Source: Mobula hypostoma (taxonomy: Eukaryota). Taken from it: a stretch of DNA of 64,000 bases. Of this stretch, positions 1 through 11,453 are shown piece by piece; within the stretch, counting starts at the first letter, position 1; each line of letters begins with the position of its first letter. The stretch covers positions 165,914,001-165,978,000 of the forward strand of contig NC_086097.1 of NCBI RefSeq assembly GCF_963921235.1, given 5' to 3'. The position numbers and the translations under genes were made by a program. The notes under the pieces are model-generated. The model was not told the origin of the DNA, did not search any database, and was given only the letters and a program-made list of their open reading frames with translations.

Positions 1-42
1 CGATGGGCTGAATGGCCTAATTCTGCTCTTGTGTCTTATGGC
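1..42 (+). mobile_element. 3' tail of a CR1 LINE (or CR1-tailed SINE), cut by window edge
   Basis: GATGGGCTGAATGGCCTAATTCTGCTC..TCTTATGG matches the 3' termini of the CR1 copies at ~26480-26520, ~43900-43935 and ~58160-58200. Confidence 0.7.
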
Positions 43-765
43 CCATCAGGATTTTGTATGTTTCAAGTTTCCCTCATTCTTATAAAAAGAACATAGACTT
101 AAGCTGTTGGCCTCAATCTCATTTGGACTGCCTCCAATGCTACAATATTTTTCTGGGGAAGGGGACTAAAGTTGTAATATTCTACAATTGTAGCAACACT
201 TTCCTATTTTTAAATTCCAGACTTATTGCAATAAAGCTTAAAGCTTTATTTCAGCTACAAAACTTGTGCAAACAATCTTACAAAATGCACATGTGGAAGT
301 CACTGTTTTATTCACTATCTTTTCATTATCCATTCACAGTTTAATATTTAAATAAAATGATAAAACACTTTCATACTAATTTGGAATTGCTACTTTTATT
401 TTGAAATGCTACCTTGCATTGGAAATGTAACCTTTGTACTCTGTATAGGAGTTCAAAATGCTATCTTCAACTTTCAGCTTTCTCTTGCGTCATAATTTTT
501 CTTGTCCCTTGGGACCAATTTGGGTGCATGACCACACTTGATTCATTTTCAAATCTTCATTTTACCCTTTTAATGCTAAACTGTTTAATTAAAGTTAGTT
601 TTGTATTTTTTTTGTACACAGTTGTAAACGAATATTGATATGTGGGGAAAATTGGACAAGCTTTAAATGTTTCTGCATAATTAGCTATTCAGTTATTTGA
701 ATGTGAAATGTATCAGTTGAAATGTTTATGTTAACTACCACTCAGTAAAATATTAAATATTTTTA

Positions 766-2203
766 CAGTACTTCTGCAAAAGTTTTATTTACTGTAATTA
801 ATTTTGTTTCAGATGTTTATATTTTGTCTTGTGTCTTAGTATGTCAGTAGAAAAGAGCTCATTTTAGATTTCCAAAATTTAAATTTTCATTTAAACGATA
901 GGGAAGTTCTTGCATTTTGTTAAAGAAAGTAGCATATTAAGTCGTAGATCACTTTTCAAATAAAAACCTGATTACTTTTTAGGTACATAACACAGTGCAT
1001 GATTAAACAAAGTTACAAAACGGAATGCTAATGATCAATGAGATAATGAGTTGAATGAACTAAACTGATTAACTGCAACTAAAATGGGTGTAGAAGGAAT
1101 CAAAATGGGCAAAGGACAGCTAAACTAAAAGGAGAAGGTATGACAGATGTGACAGTTTAACCTTCAAATCATCAATTTTTACACCATGGCCAGAGTGAGC
1201 ATAGCAACAAGACACAAGGTGGTCATCCTGCATTAATAAGGTCTCTCCCAAACTGAAATTTTGCAGCAGACTGGTCTCAAGATGTGCTATGCAAGCTCTT
1301 CTGAAGAAGCACAAAGAAACAGGCAAGGTTGAGGACAGCCACGACACTGAGTGCAGTAGGCAAGGGATGCATCGAACTGAAGACTGAATTCGAAGAAGTC
1401 CAGCACTACTATCAGCTCTGAACTCTCAAAAACCACTGGAACCCAGTACACCCGTCTATAGTCTAGTGATGTCTTGTCAAAAGTGGTCTTCCTGGAAGAG
1501 TTGCTGCCAAAAAGCTATTCCTCTGAAATAGAAATAAGCCAAGAGACTCAACTACGCACAAAAGCACAAGGTTTGTGGTGCTGAACAATGACAGTGTGCT
1601 CTACACTGCTGAGTCAAAATTTTCTTTTTTTTTGGCTTAAGTAGGAGGCATTTTGTCCGTAGAAGAGCTGGAGAGTGCTACATGAGTATCTGCAGCCAAC
1701 AGTATAGCATGGTGGAGGTTCACTGCAGGTTTGGGTTGTATTTTATGATCCTCAATGTTGAGAAGTACAGGACAGTGACCCCAACAAAACACATGGCCAA
1801 GGTCTTAAAAAAAACTTCCTTCAGCGAAAAGAAGAATGAGGAGTTCTGCAACAGATTATGGCCGCCTCAAAGCCCTGATCTCAACATAATCGAGGCTGTC
1901 TTGGATTACCTGAAGAGATTGAAGCAAATGAGACCGCCAAAGCCTGCAGAAGAGCTGTGGCAGGTTTTCTAAGATGCTTGTAAGAACCTATTAGCTGATT
2001 TTCTTATAAAACTGCACCACAATATACCTAAGAGAATTGATGCAGTTTCAAAGACAAAGGATCACACCAAATATTGATTTGATTTAGATTTTGTACTGTA
2101 TATTAATTTTTTGATATTTATAAATTTTTCATTACATTATTTTTGAAGGCATGTTCACTTTACAGCAATTTTCTTAAATGTGCCTGAGATTTTTACGTTA
2201 CTG
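766..2203 (+). mobile_element. Degenerate Tc1/mariner DNA transposon in the last VAPA intron
   Basis: TA|CAGTACTTCTGCAAAAGTTTT at 764-786 and inverted end ..TTTTACGTTACTG|TA at 2191-2205. Broken transposase begins MARVSIATRHKVVILH (~1186) and has the Tc1 motif WPPQSPDLNIIEAV in ORF 1682-1972. Confidence 0.88.
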
Positions 2204-2733
2204 TATGTGCTATTTAGTGATGTTATACAGCTGATTTGACAATTGAAGGAGCAAACCGTCAATCATTTATGTAGTGAAATGGCACATAATCCCATAAGTA
2301 AATGTTTCATAATCTTGCCTGCAATTTCTTTTAAACTATTGTGTGCTTTGGTAATAATTAAAATCTGATAAATTAATTAATGTTCACTGATAATATCTCT
2401 GATAGAAACACCTGCATAAGTATTTTGATATCAGTTATGAAAAATAAATCATCCTTTAAGTAGACTTTGAACACAGCTCTTAACTTTCTTTCTAAACCAA
2501 GGGAGAGCACTTCTTACATTCCTGTGATTAATTTGTCTGATTGAATGCATCAATTTGAACTTTTAAAAACATCATACACTAAATTTAATTTGATGTCTCA
2601 ATAACGTGCATTTACTGTGTAACTATTATCATTTTGATATAAATGCCAATTCTTAAAATACAAGCACTTAAAGTGGAAGGAAAGGTTTATTTTGCTTGTC
2701 TGGCATTTGTTCATGAGATCTATATGCATTGTA

Positions 2734-4113
2734 CAGTGATGCTAGAAAGTTTCTGAACCCTTTTGAATTTTCTGCATAAATATCACCTAAAATGTGATCA
2801 GATCTTTATCTAGGTTTACAACTTGCATGAAGAGAATCCAATTAAATAAGACGAAAAACATTGTACTTATTTATTTATTGAGAAAACTGATCCAATATTA
2901 CATGTATTTGTTAAAAAAATATGTAAACCTTTGCTTTCAGACTGGTGTGTGGTGTGACCCCCCCCCCCCGACTTGTTAAGCAATAACTTCAACCAAACGT
3001 TTCCGGTAACTGTTGATCAGCCCTGTGCATTGGCTTGGAAGAATTTTAGGCCATTCCTCCTTGCAAAACTGCTTCAACTCTGGGATGTTGGTGGGCCTCC
3101 TTGCATGAACTGCTTGCTTCAAGTCCTTCCATCAATAATGGCAAGCCATCCTGGTCCTGAGACAGGAAAGCAGGCTCAAACCATGACACTGCCACCACCA
3201 TGTTTCACAGATGGGATGTGGTTCTTATGTTGGAATACAGTGTTCACTTTTCACCAAACATAACACTTCTCATTTAAGCTAAAAAGTTCTATTTTGGACT
3301 CATCCATCCACAGAACTTTCTTCAAATAGCCTTCTGTCTTATCCATGTGGTCTGTAGCAAACTTTAGACAGGCAGCAATGTTCTTGAAGAGTAGTGGCTT
3401 TCTCCTTGCCATGTACACCATTGTTGTTCGGTACTTGCCTGATGATAGACTCATGAATATTACATTAGCCAATGCAAGAGTGGCGTGTAGCTCCTTGAAT
3501 GTTACCCTTGGGTTCTTTGTGACCTCCTGGAATATTACATAGCTTGTTCTAGGAGTGATTTTTGTTGGTCGACCAGTCCTGAAGAGAGTAACAACGGTAC
3601 TGAATTTTCTCCATTTGTACAACATCTGTCTGACTGTGGATTGGTGGAGCTCAAACTCTTCAGAAATGGTTTTGTATCCTTTTCCAGCTTGGTGAGCATC
3701 AAAAACTTTTTGTCTTGAGGACCTCAGAAATCTTCTTTGATTGAGGCATGGCACATTTCCAAAACCCTGTGTGGTGAAAAGCAGCCTTCCATAGTGAAGG
3801 CCCAGGCTTATGATTTTTAAATAGAGCAGGGCCTCCCACAGCTGATATTGATTGAACACTTGACTCTTAATTTCCCCATTAAATGAACTGATAATCCTCA
3901 AGGTTTGCATAGTTTTCCCAACAAATTAATGTAATATTGGATCATTTTTTTCAATAAATAAGTGAACAAGTATATATATTTTTGTGTTACTTATTTAATT
4001 GGGTTCTCTTTGTCTAGTTTTAGGACTTGCATGAAGATCTGATCACATTTAGGTTGTTTTTATGCAAAAATAGAGAAAATTCTAAAGGGTTCACAAACTT
4101 CCTAGCACCATTG
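2734..4113 (-). mobile_element. Tc1-family transposon with long (~190 bp) terminal inverted repeats; defective transposase
   Basis: Left end TA|CAGTGATGCTAGAAAGTTTCTGAACCC is mirrored by GGGTTCACAAACTTCCTAGCACCATTG ending at 4113; inverted similarity continues ~2734-2920 vs ~3925-4113. ORF 3251-3910(-) has the HTH (GKGYKTIS..QSTVRQ), GRP motif and first catalytic Asp region (WMDESKIELF). Confidence 0.92.
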
Positions 4114-4551
4114 CATACATTTTCCATCCTAGGGAATGCTCCCAATCATTTATTTTTCTTACATCAGGTTTTAATTGTTTTTAAGTTTTTGTTTTGTTCA
4201 TTTGATAAATACCCCTAGTGACTTGGATAGCACTGTCAATATTACCCTGCTCCTTGGTTTCTAACAAAGTATCTTAATTCTGAAGTAGTCAGTTTTGAGT
4301 TGGATGAAAATTATTTTAGAAAGAGAGCATGGTGAGTGAGCTTCTCCTGGAATGGCAGTTAAAAATAATGTGTTGATTTTGGTTCAAATTAATATTTTTC
4401 TTGTTGAAATCTGTCAAAAGCTTTTTTGAAATTGAATGTACTTAATTTTTCCACATTTTTGGGGTACTTTGCTTTTGTGTCATATGGAATAGCTATAGCT
4501 GAAGATTAAATGGGGATTGTGTTTATTGTTCACACTAAGAAATGTTTAAAG

Positions 4552-4820
4552 GGTGCCATGGTAGAGTAGTGGTTAGTGTGACACAGTTACAAAGTTTGGA
4601 GTTCAATTTCTATGTCATCTGGAAGGAATCTGTATGTCCTCCCTGTGGAGGGCATGGGTTTTCTTCTGGTGCTGTGGTTTCCTCCCACAGTCCAAAGCCG
4701 TACCACTTGTTAGGTTAATTGGTCATTGTAAATTGTCCTGTTGATAGGCTAGGGTTGAACCGAGAGTTGTTGGGGCAGCACAGCTCTAAGGGTCTACTCC
4801 ACGCTGTATCTCTAAATAAA
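4552..4820 (+). mobile_element. tRNA-derived V-SINE (HE1-like)
   Basis: A-box-like head, B-box-like GGAGTTCAAT, and V-domain-like GGGTTTTCTTCTGGTGCTGTGGTTTCCTCCCACAGTCCAAAG followed by GGTTAATTGGTCATTGTAAATTGTCC. Confidence 0.78.
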
Positions 4821-4899
4821 CAAAAAAAGGTTTTTTTTTTGTGTATATAGCTATTGAAATACTTTAGGCAATATTGTGACCTGTCATTGTGGTGTGGTT

Positions 4900-5008
4900 C
4901 TTTTTGTGAATTATGTTGTTTTGTTTTTGTTTTGTGGCTGCCTGCAAGAAGATGAATCTCAAGGTTGTATATGGTATACATACTTCGATAATAAATATAC
5001 TTTGAACT
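4900..5008 (+). mobile_element. Isolated 3' tail of a Rex1/Babar-type LINE
   Basis: CAAGAAGATGAATCTCAAGGTTGTATATGG..ACTTCGATAATAAAT.TACTTTGAAC recurs at the 3' ends of the Rex1-like copies at ~25740-25812 and ~52550-52620. Confidence 0.65.
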
Positions 5009-6004
5009 ATGTACACTGGTATTCTATTTTCTACATTTCTTTCCTGTAGTTCCCAACCTAACCAACCATTTAAGTACAAACTGAAGGAATGAAAATATTT
5101 TTTGGAAAGTATTCAAACAGCCAGAGCTGTAGTGTCATAGAGGACTAAGACCACACCAATCATCAAAAACCTATTTACATTAATCCTACACTAAGCCAGT
5201 TTTTTTTGTCCAAATTCTAGTCATTTATATTCAGTGGCTAATCACTGAATTGCACTTTGAATTAGTGGGTAAAGAGTGGAAGCACTCCTCCACAACCCTC
5301 TCTTCCCCCCCCCACACCCAATCACCTGAATTCAGTTGCTGTTTGCCCAGCACGTTCATGCCAAAGTTATTTTTGCACTCTGAAGCCAAGTCACAAATGA
5401 GTCTGAGAGAAGCCACTTAAATTCATGCAGCAAGGCATATGTAACTTCAAATCCACACAGGAACCTACTAGCTCTCTGATGTATGCAAGCTCAGCAAGAA
5501 TCCCAGAACTCAAGGCCAAAAAATTAAGTTATTATTTCTAAGTATACTCTCTTCCCACCCCTGCCCTCTCCCCACCACCCACGTGTTGAATCAATTGAAA
5601 CCTTGTCTCAATTACTCTATCACTGTCATCTTTAGGATAATGTGCACTTAATCTATGTAGCATTTCAAAACCATGTGTTGTTCTACAACTGAAAACACAG
5701 ATAACTCCTAATTGCCAGAACTGTTCTATAACTGTTCACTAGGTGATGCATAGAACAAGTTGTGATTAACCTTTACATATGCCTGCAGTTGAACTGTTTT
5801 GAGTGAGTTTTGTGTATAAAATCGTAAAAAGATATGGTGTAGTTTTCAATCTGTGAATTTCCATGATGTATGCTATCTGTTTGATATATAGAGCTAATTG
5901 AGAATTAGTGGAGAAAATTGAATTCTCAGATTGGACTATGATAATTTTTGAAATTGCGTAATGCAGTATCTTTCCTTCATAATTCTACTGTTTGTTCTCT
6001 TTAG

Positions 6005-6166
6005 GATGATGGACTGAGGCTCAGGAAGGCGGCTCAGTCAGGCAACCCAGTGTCATCCACATCAAATGTTGCAGTCAGAGACAACGGTTCCACTGCTCTT
6101 CCCTCCCTCCTTGTTGTAATTGCAGCTATTTTCATTGGATTCTTTCTAGGGAAATTCATCTTGTAG
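6005..6166 (+). CDS. VAPA: VAMP-associated protein A, terminal coding exon (linker plus C-terminal transmembrane anchor); upstream exons lie outside the window
   Basis: Polypyrimidine tract and TTAG acceptor at 6001-6004, then [53 protein letters not shown] (TAG 6164-6166). The tail [22 protein letters not shown] is the VAPA, not VAPB, C-terminus. Too short for the ORF track. Confidence 0.96.
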   Translation, partial: DDGLRLRKAAQSGNPVSSTSNVAVRDNGSTALPSLLVVIAAIFIGFFLGKFIL

Positions 6167-6742
6167 AGGAAGCATGCAAGTTAATGGGGCCTGAAATGTT
6201 CTGCTGATCTGCCACATTGTTGGCAGTATGGCTCACAGTGACCATGTTCGTGTACAGCATCTTACAGGCCTTGCCTTTAATGATCTCACAGTTAGAACAC
6301 AAAAAAATATTTTCAGTTCTTGGATAATTGGAGTTGTATATTGTCAAAACATCAATAGCAGGTGTCTCAAGGTTTCACATAAAAATCCTTGGAAAATAAT
6401 GAGTTGTTCTCTCTGTGGTTTAATAAGAGTTGAATGAAATGTTCAGTGTCTTGTAAATGTTATTTTAATCCTTTTAAATTTTGTTACCTGTTGCTGGATA
6501 CCTCTTGGAATTTTTCATTTTATAGTCAAGTCGCTCATGCCACTTGTTTGCCAGAAATGAGAGACGTATTGAAAGAAAAAGGTGCCTCCTTGTAAATTAT
6601 CCCCCATTTCCTTGCTGTTAAAAGGCTGATACGTTTATCAATGCAGAGTTTCTCTCTAGTCACGGGGGGGAAAGCCCTGTGAGGCAAATGTTGATTGAAA
6701 GCTCTTCATTCTTACCAATCCTGTCCCATGGTATTTAACAAA

Positions 6743-6748
6743 AATAAA
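6743..6748 (+). promoter_or_regulatory. Candidate proximal polyadenylation signal of VAPA
   Basis: AATAAA ~580 nt after the stop codon, followed ~20-30 nt downstream by GU/U-rich CTTTGTGTTTTTCC. Confidence 0.6.
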
Positions 6749-6841
6749 ATCTTTAACATGTTAAACTTTGTGTTTTTCCCGTCTCATTTCACAATTATAC
6801 TTCAGTTCTTTGTGGGTGAATATATGGAAGTTTTGAACTTG

Positions 6842-7852
6842 GACCATAAGATATTGGAGCAGAAGCAGGCCATTTGGCCCATCGAGTCTGCTCCACCATT
6901 CAATCATGGGCTGATTCAATTCGTCCAGTCATCCCTACTTCCCTGCCTTCTCCCCATACCCTTTGATGCCCTGGCTAATCAAGAACCTGTCTATCTCAGC
7001 CTTAAATACATCCAATGACTTGGCCTCCACAGCTGCTCCTGGCAACAAATTCCACATATTTACCACCCTCTGACGAAAGTAATTTCTCCGCATCTCTGTT
7101 CTAAATGGATGTTCTTCAATGCTGAAGTCGTGCCCCCGTCCTAGATTCCCCTATAATGGGAAATAACTTTGCCATATCTAATCTTTTAACATTTGGAATT
7201 TTTCTATGAGATTCCCCCTCATTCTCCTGAACTCGAGGGAATACAGCCCAAGAGCTACCAGATATGGTAACCCTTCCATTCCTGGGATCATTCTTGTGAA
7301 TTTCTCTGAACCCTCTCCAATGTCAGTATATCCTTTCTAAAATAAGGAGCCCGAAACTGCACACAATACTGTGTGGTCTCACGAGTGAGTGCCTTATAGA
7401 GCCTCAACATCACATACTGCCTCTTATATTCTTTACCTCTAGTAATGAATGCCAACATTGCATTTGCCGCCTTCACCACGGACTCAACCTAGAGGTTAAC
7501 CATTAGGGTATCCTGCACAAGGACTCCCAAATCCCTTTGCATCTCTGCGTTTTGAATTCTCTCCCCATCTAAATAATGGTCTGCCTGTTTATTTCTTCCA
7601 CCAAAGTGCGTGACCATACACTTTCCAACATTGTATTTCATTTGCTACTTCGCCCATTCCCCTAAACTATCTAAGTCTCTCTGCAGGCTCTCTGTTTCCT
7701 CAACACTAGCTGCTCCTCCACCTATCTTTGTATCATCGGCAAACAGCCACAAATCCATTAATCCGATAGTCCAAATCATTGACATACATCATAAAAAGCA
7801 GCGGTCCCAACACCGACCCCTGTGGAACTCCACTGCTAACTGGCAGCCAACT
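6842..7852 (-). mobile_element. 5'-truncated CR1 LINE (RT C-terminus plus 3' UTR)
   Basis: Minus-strand ORFs 7733-8071 ([17 protein letters not shown]) and 7288-7479 (LRLYKAL..YCVQFRAPY..ERVQR); CR1 tail at 6842. Confidence 0.88.
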
Positions 7853-8612
7853 TGATTGATATATTTTGCTCTCTTTCTTCCTTTCTCTATTTCTAAAGCA
7901 CTTAGTGCTCTCTTGGACAAAGGTGAATATGGCATCGCATGACCATCTGATACGGGATGTACAATTATGGCAGGAGTTAAGTTGCTTTCTAGTTTTCTTC
8001 ACCTTTTCCATGTTAAGCCTCTGTATTGGTAATGCATCAATATAGTGTATTGGATTATTTTCTGATATCATTCTGAAATATTACTTTTCAGGTAAGTGAA
8101 CAAATACAGGAGTAGCTTATGATGCACAGGATAGTTTTTCTGGAAGCAAAATGAGCTCATACTTTACTAAATTCACAAGTTCGATGTGTCTGTATTTGTT
8201 CCTATGAACTACAGAACCAGTTTCCTCAAACTAGGAACTCTTCTTGCTTTTGAAAGTTGGAATACACTGCCTAAGGGGTGGTAGAGGTGGGTACTGTCAT
8301 AACAGTTAAATATTTAGATCCACAGTTGAAATGTAATGCCATAGGTGTTCGTCTGTCGTTGACATCAATGAGGACCTCAACACCATTATGATGGTGTCGA
8401 GACTAGTGTGTGATTTGGATTTAAGTGAGGGAGAGTTGCGTAGCGTCAGCCTCTCTCTTCCCAATTCCCATCTGGATCCAGTGGCAAGACAGAGTTGAAA
8501 CGGCTGGAGATGCGACTAGGCACAGTGGATGACCAGGACGTCTTCTGTGTCTTGTCCTACTCTACACGTTCCATGACGCTTGCAGAGACCACCTTCTTGA
8601 CCATTAGACCTT

Positions 8613-9379
8613 TGTTACATCATCAGCAACAATGAATATAGAATTGAGTCAGGTTTTATAAACAAACATTTATGAAATTCTGGTCAGCAATAGTGAAAAG
8701 TATTCAAATGACTAACTTAACCAGAAGTTAACTGTTATATGGCAACTCTGGAACAGTTCTTAAAGTGGTAAATTTGAACACAGTCTTAAAATGGTAAATT
8801 CAAAAGTTCAAGTGATTTACACAGTCAATAAGGAGAGACTTCTCTGGAAACGGATTTCTTCGAAGACGTGATGTTATTGCTGATTCTGTCCAAAGCTTTC
8901 ATGACGAAGGAAATAAAATGGCTTAAAGGAACTGAATGAACACTGTACAAACTTGCCTGTTCTTACAGGGGTTATCTCAGATGCAGGCCACTATTTCTGA
9001 ACGAAGATTCAATAAGGTTGATCCTGTATTAAACCACCAAACGACACCAACTCTACTCAATTCTTCAGGCTTCTGTACTTTAGTAAGGTTTTCACTCTCT
9101 AATACGACTTACAATATTAAGTAAATCTCCACTTTAAAACAAAACTGCGTCATGAGACAAATACGCAGCATAACGGAGTAACTGACGAATTAAACAATGA
9201 ATCAACTGCGTAACAAGGGTGTTCCCGTTATATACCTGTTGGGAACATGTCATCACGTGACGTCACTGGCAGGAAAATTACATCACCCCACCATCACAAG
9301 GCCATTACTTCATGCTTACAAGATACTCATTACATCATGGTCATAAGACAGTCACAAGGTACCCACAAGGTATGTAACA
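8613..9379 (-). mobile_element. Solo LTR (767 bp, Gypsy-like)
   Basis: Termini TGTTACAT...ATGTAACA with 4-bp TSD CCTT (8609-8612, 9380-9383). Strand inferred only from a TATA-like motif near 9230. Confidence 0.85.
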
Positions 9380-9480
9380 CCTTACATTGATCTTGACTGC
9401 TCAATCCGCTGGAGTCTGTCTTCACATGCTGGGATAGACAGCTCCCTGTCTCACGGAGGGTTTGAGACTCATTGGCTACC

Positions 9481-9663
9481 CTCACCTGGTTTAGTCCGCT
9501 TGTCAAAGCCCTTGCCCGGGGTTTGGCGGCTGTCACATGTAAACGGCTACGGGGAGCCACAGGTGAGAGCTGAGTGCCAGGTAGGGACCATAGGTGGACT
9601 AACCACCTTGAAAAGGATGTGACATGTTCCCCCACCAGAGGTGCTACCCCTCCCTGACACCCC
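9481..9663 (-). ncRNA. Predicted HDV-like ribozyme at the 5' end of the non-autonomous retroelement
   Basis: Manual fold on the minus strand: P1 GGGGUGU/AAACCCC, P2 CUCACCUG-U/ACCAGGUGAG, P3 GGC/GCC, L3 starting UCC, GG after P1, P4 GCUU/AAGC, J4/2 ACUAA. Not computed or tested. Confidence 0.55.
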
Positions 9664-10511
9664 ATACACCCCAATGCCATAGGTGGATATAGACCAACAG
9701 CTGAGAAATGAGATTAATATAGTTAGGTACTTGAAAGCTGGCATAGTCAATAGATGAAGAAGCTGTTTCCATGTTCTGATTGATTAAATCTCGTGTAGAT
9801 ATTGGGATGAGAAATGCACATTTTTACTGAATGGCAGCGTGGCTTCGATCAGGAATTTGCCTCCATGATGTTGAAATAGGAGTGTATTTACTGCACTAGT
9901 GATCAAAGGTGCTGGCTTAATGGATCAGAAATTTGGGTAACCTACCATTTCTGCAGCTAGGGGAACTTGTAGCAGCAAGACGAGATGAGAACATGGCCTG
10001 GGCCCCTGTTTCAGGCATTTAGACAAGGACATGAATATGCTGGAAATGGACTGAAGGAACATGTGCAAGCAAATGGGATCAGCTTAATCTGGCATTATTT
10101 AAATAATATTTTAAAAAATATTTTTACCCATGATGTCTGTGGTCATATCCTAGGCTACCACCACCACTTTATTATTGTTTTTGTATGGCTGTATTTTTAA
10201 TGAAACCTTGGTTAAGAACTAGAGTGCTTTTTAAATGGATATGCAATCAAATTTGTTCCTGAAGGTTACCTGTATATTTTCGTTCAAAGATCTCTATCTA
10301 CTAAATGGGAGCAGAATTCCTAAATTTTGAAGTTTCATACACCCTGGATGTTTATGTTTGACTCAGTCAAACTGGCTGTCTTAACTATACCCAATCTCAG
10401 ATAAAAAGGTGAAATACTCATACTCAGGAGTCAGGCCACCTCTTGGGAAGAGATGTTGCATTACAGTTTTGGGACAAGTATTGCTTGTTTTTCTAGATTT
10501 CCAATAGCTGT

Positions 10512-11453
10512 TGTCACGTACCCCGTGACGGGGATAAAGAACCAGCAGAAATAGAAACCACTTTGGAGTCTTGTATTGCTAACAACTAATAATATTTATT
10601 AGTAACTGCGCAGTACAGTAATGTAAGTAGATAAATCAAACAGGTTAGCAATGATTATATATAAAAGTAAGTGTGGAATATATATGTATGAAAACCAAGC
10701 TTCTTTAAATCTAGGGGTAAAAAGATGTAGTCTTATGATGTTGAGTAAAGTTCAGTTCGGTTCAGTTCGTGGTATTTAGTTGAGTAATGATGGAGAGAGT
10801 GAGTTGAGTCCTCAGGTGAACTGATGCCGTCGATCTTCTCGTCGTCCTCCGAAATCCTTTACAAGTCACCGACTGTGACCTTAACCAGGGGGACTGGTCT
10901 TCTGTGGTGGAGCTATCACCCAGGCGAGGGCGGACACATAGACAACTTCCCACCAGTCAACCCCTTCTTTACGCTGAAATAGCAATTTGGATCGATCCTC
11001 CAAAACCCATTTTCTCTGCGGGAACAACAATGCTCATTCAGTGTCCAGATCATATGTCCTGTGTCCTGAAGTTTGTATCATCTGACCTCCCATTTATTTC
11101 ACCAGGCTGAGCATCACCTGTCACTCAAAGAGTCCCTCCCTCCTTTGTCTGTAAAGGAGTGCACAAGCAGGCAACAAGTCCTTGAAGAAATATCAACAAT
11201 CAGCCTTTGGTTACCATAGCAACTTTCGAGCTGCTCGGTGCTGTCTCCAACTCCAAACTCAGTAGAAATCCAAAGTTACTTCCAATACCTTAAAGTGGCA
11301 GTCCAATCGTTGATATTCGACTCTCTCTCTCTCTCTTCAAAAACAACTTATCGGTGGTAAATAACTCTGTCTCTCTCTCCTTTCCAAACAAACCATCAAT
11401 GATAAATGTCTCTCTCTAAACAGTTAATAGGGGCACTCCTGGATCCCCTCACA
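10512..11453 (-). mobile_element. Probable solo LTR (~940 bp)
   Basis: Minus strand reads TGTGAGGGG...CGTGACA with AATAAA (plus TTTATT ~10595) near its 3' end and (GA)n tracts. Flanks CTGT/CTAC are not a perfect TSD. Confidence 0.6.

Larger units (their letters stand above)
8348..9672 (-). mobile_element. Non-autonomous ~550-bp retroelement (probably RTE-related SINE), split by a solo LTR
   Basis: 13-bp TSD AATGCCATAGGTG at 8335-8347 and 9673-9685; inserted in a CR1 tail. Related copy at ~34921-35420. No credible ORF; 3'-terminal hairpin CTCAACACCAT-TATG-ATGGTGTCGAG (~8376-8401). Confidence 0.8.

Noticed and set aside
4552..4615. tRNA gene (also ~50020-50090)
   Set aside because: Only degenerate A/B-box-like SINE heads; no cloverleaf, and SINE body follows.
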